In this document: positions 63,405 to 64,000 of the stretch, piece after piece
How the letters are laid out: every line of letters begins with the position of its first letter
Position numbering within the stretch: position 1 is the stretch's first letter
DNA from: Gammaproteobacteria bacterium
GTDB lineage: Bacteria; Pseudomonadota; Gammaproteobacteria; BMS3Bbin11
Reading direction: 5' to 3'
Length of the DNA: 64,000 nucleotides
Assembly: GCA_013150915.1 (NCBI GenBank)
Contig: JAADJE010000031.1
Span: 11,139 to 75,138, forward strand
The notes under the pieces: model-generated
Databases searched by the model: none
What the model was told of the DNA's origin: nothing
What the model saw: only the letters and a program-made list of their open reading frames with translations
Made by a program: the position numbers and the translations under genes

Positions 63405-64000
63405 TGCCGCACCTCCCAGGGTGATAGATCCAGGGAACTGACCGCCAGCAGTGCGTCGCCCAGCTCCTGCTGTTCGATCAGTGGGTTGATTAGTGCAAGA
63501 TGGTGCGTCGAAGGTGTGTCCAGTTGTGCCGTAGTAACCTTACCCATCTCCAGTGTTAGTCGAAGTCTGGCCACCCCGCGAGGGGTCTCGACTACCGCTT
63601 CGCCTGTTCCCGATATTTCGCCGATAATGGCCGGTACAGGTAACTCTATGGCGCCAGCCGCTTCGATAAGCGCGAGGCTATGTATTATCTCATCCAGGCG
63701 GACATGCAGGCGAGCGAGGGCATCACCTGTCTTTCGACTGACTGTTTTGAACCCTAGTGTAGTACAGACCTTGTCTGCACTGCGTGCATCGTCGCCGATC
63801 CCAGTAGCGCGTGCCACAGGGCCACGCAGTGTGGCATCCGTTGCTAGCAGGCCAACACCTGCCATTCGTGATTTCAGTAAAGGAGTTCGTTGCAATCGTT
63901 TAGTCAGGGTCAATATGGCTGGTTTTAGCGCCACGATCTGTTCCAGGTCGGCATGCTGGAACTTCAATTGTAGAGAGGCGGTGCGTCGCATTAGCCAGTC
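63401..64000 (-). CDS. complex I 49-kDa/NuoD-like subunit, partial (5' end beyond window edge), lacking hydrogenase Ni-binding cysteines
   Basis: C-terminal 196 aa align with NuoD C-terminus (…VETPRGVARL… ~ [10 protein letters not shown]; …TPSTHHLALINPL… ~ [13 protein letters not shown]); no C-terminal CxxC. Confidence 0.7.
   Translation of the reverse strand, partial: DWLMRRTASLQLKFQHADLEQIVALKPAILTLTKRLQRTPLLKSRMAGVGLLATDATLRGPVARATGIGDDARSADKVCTTLGFKTVSRKTGDALARLHVRLDEIIHSLALIEAAGAIELPVPAIIGEISGTGEAVVETPRGVARLRLTLEMGKVTTAQLDTPSTHHLALINPLIEQQELGDALLAVSSLDLSPWEVRQ

Overview
This is a gammaproteobacterial chromosomal window of roughly 45-50% GC with a 3' block that looks markedly GC-richer, read by eye and not computed. 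Most of it is conserved housekeeping synteny. The first block is greA, yhbY, rlmE(ftsJ), ftsH, folP, glmM, tpiA, secG and tRNA-Leu(GAG). Next comes a complete 14-gene NADH:quinone oxidoreductase operon nuoA-N with nuoC and nuoD unfused, followed by two tandem PEGA-type lipoproteins. Then follows initiator tRNA-fMet, rimP, nusA, infB, rbfA, truB, rpsO and pnp, the E. coli metY/nusA/infB/pnp architecture; here pnp carries an apparent 1-nt frameshift. Downstream are dksA, a CbbY-like HAD phosphatase, two aminotransferases and hom, with no thrC after it. Accessory and unusual content clusters from about 37.9 kb onward. Two degraded IS5-family transposase fragments sit at 37.9-38.2 kb and 48.3-48.5 kb. 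They bracket a run that holds an RRM protein, yajQ, an extended MltD-like transglycosylase, a PqqD/RRE-like protein, tpm, a MutT-ThiE fusion, xni, a B12-binding radical SAM protein ending in a CCAEP tail, and an orphan yadH permease whose ATPase partner appears to have been replaced by the IS scar. A double-YHS metal-binding protein and a gnd-zwf/glk sugar-oxidation module follow. The last ~9.6 kb, from 54.4 kb to the window edge, is a high-GC block. It encodes a GH15 glucoamylase/trehalase and, within 6 nt of it, a second, highly divergent complex I-like gene set (NuoD-, H-, J-, K-, L-, M- and N-like). This set lacks nuoE/F/G and has no nuoI between H and J. It is the most interesting candidate for an undescribed energy-converting system. 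No CRISPR array or rRNA was seen.
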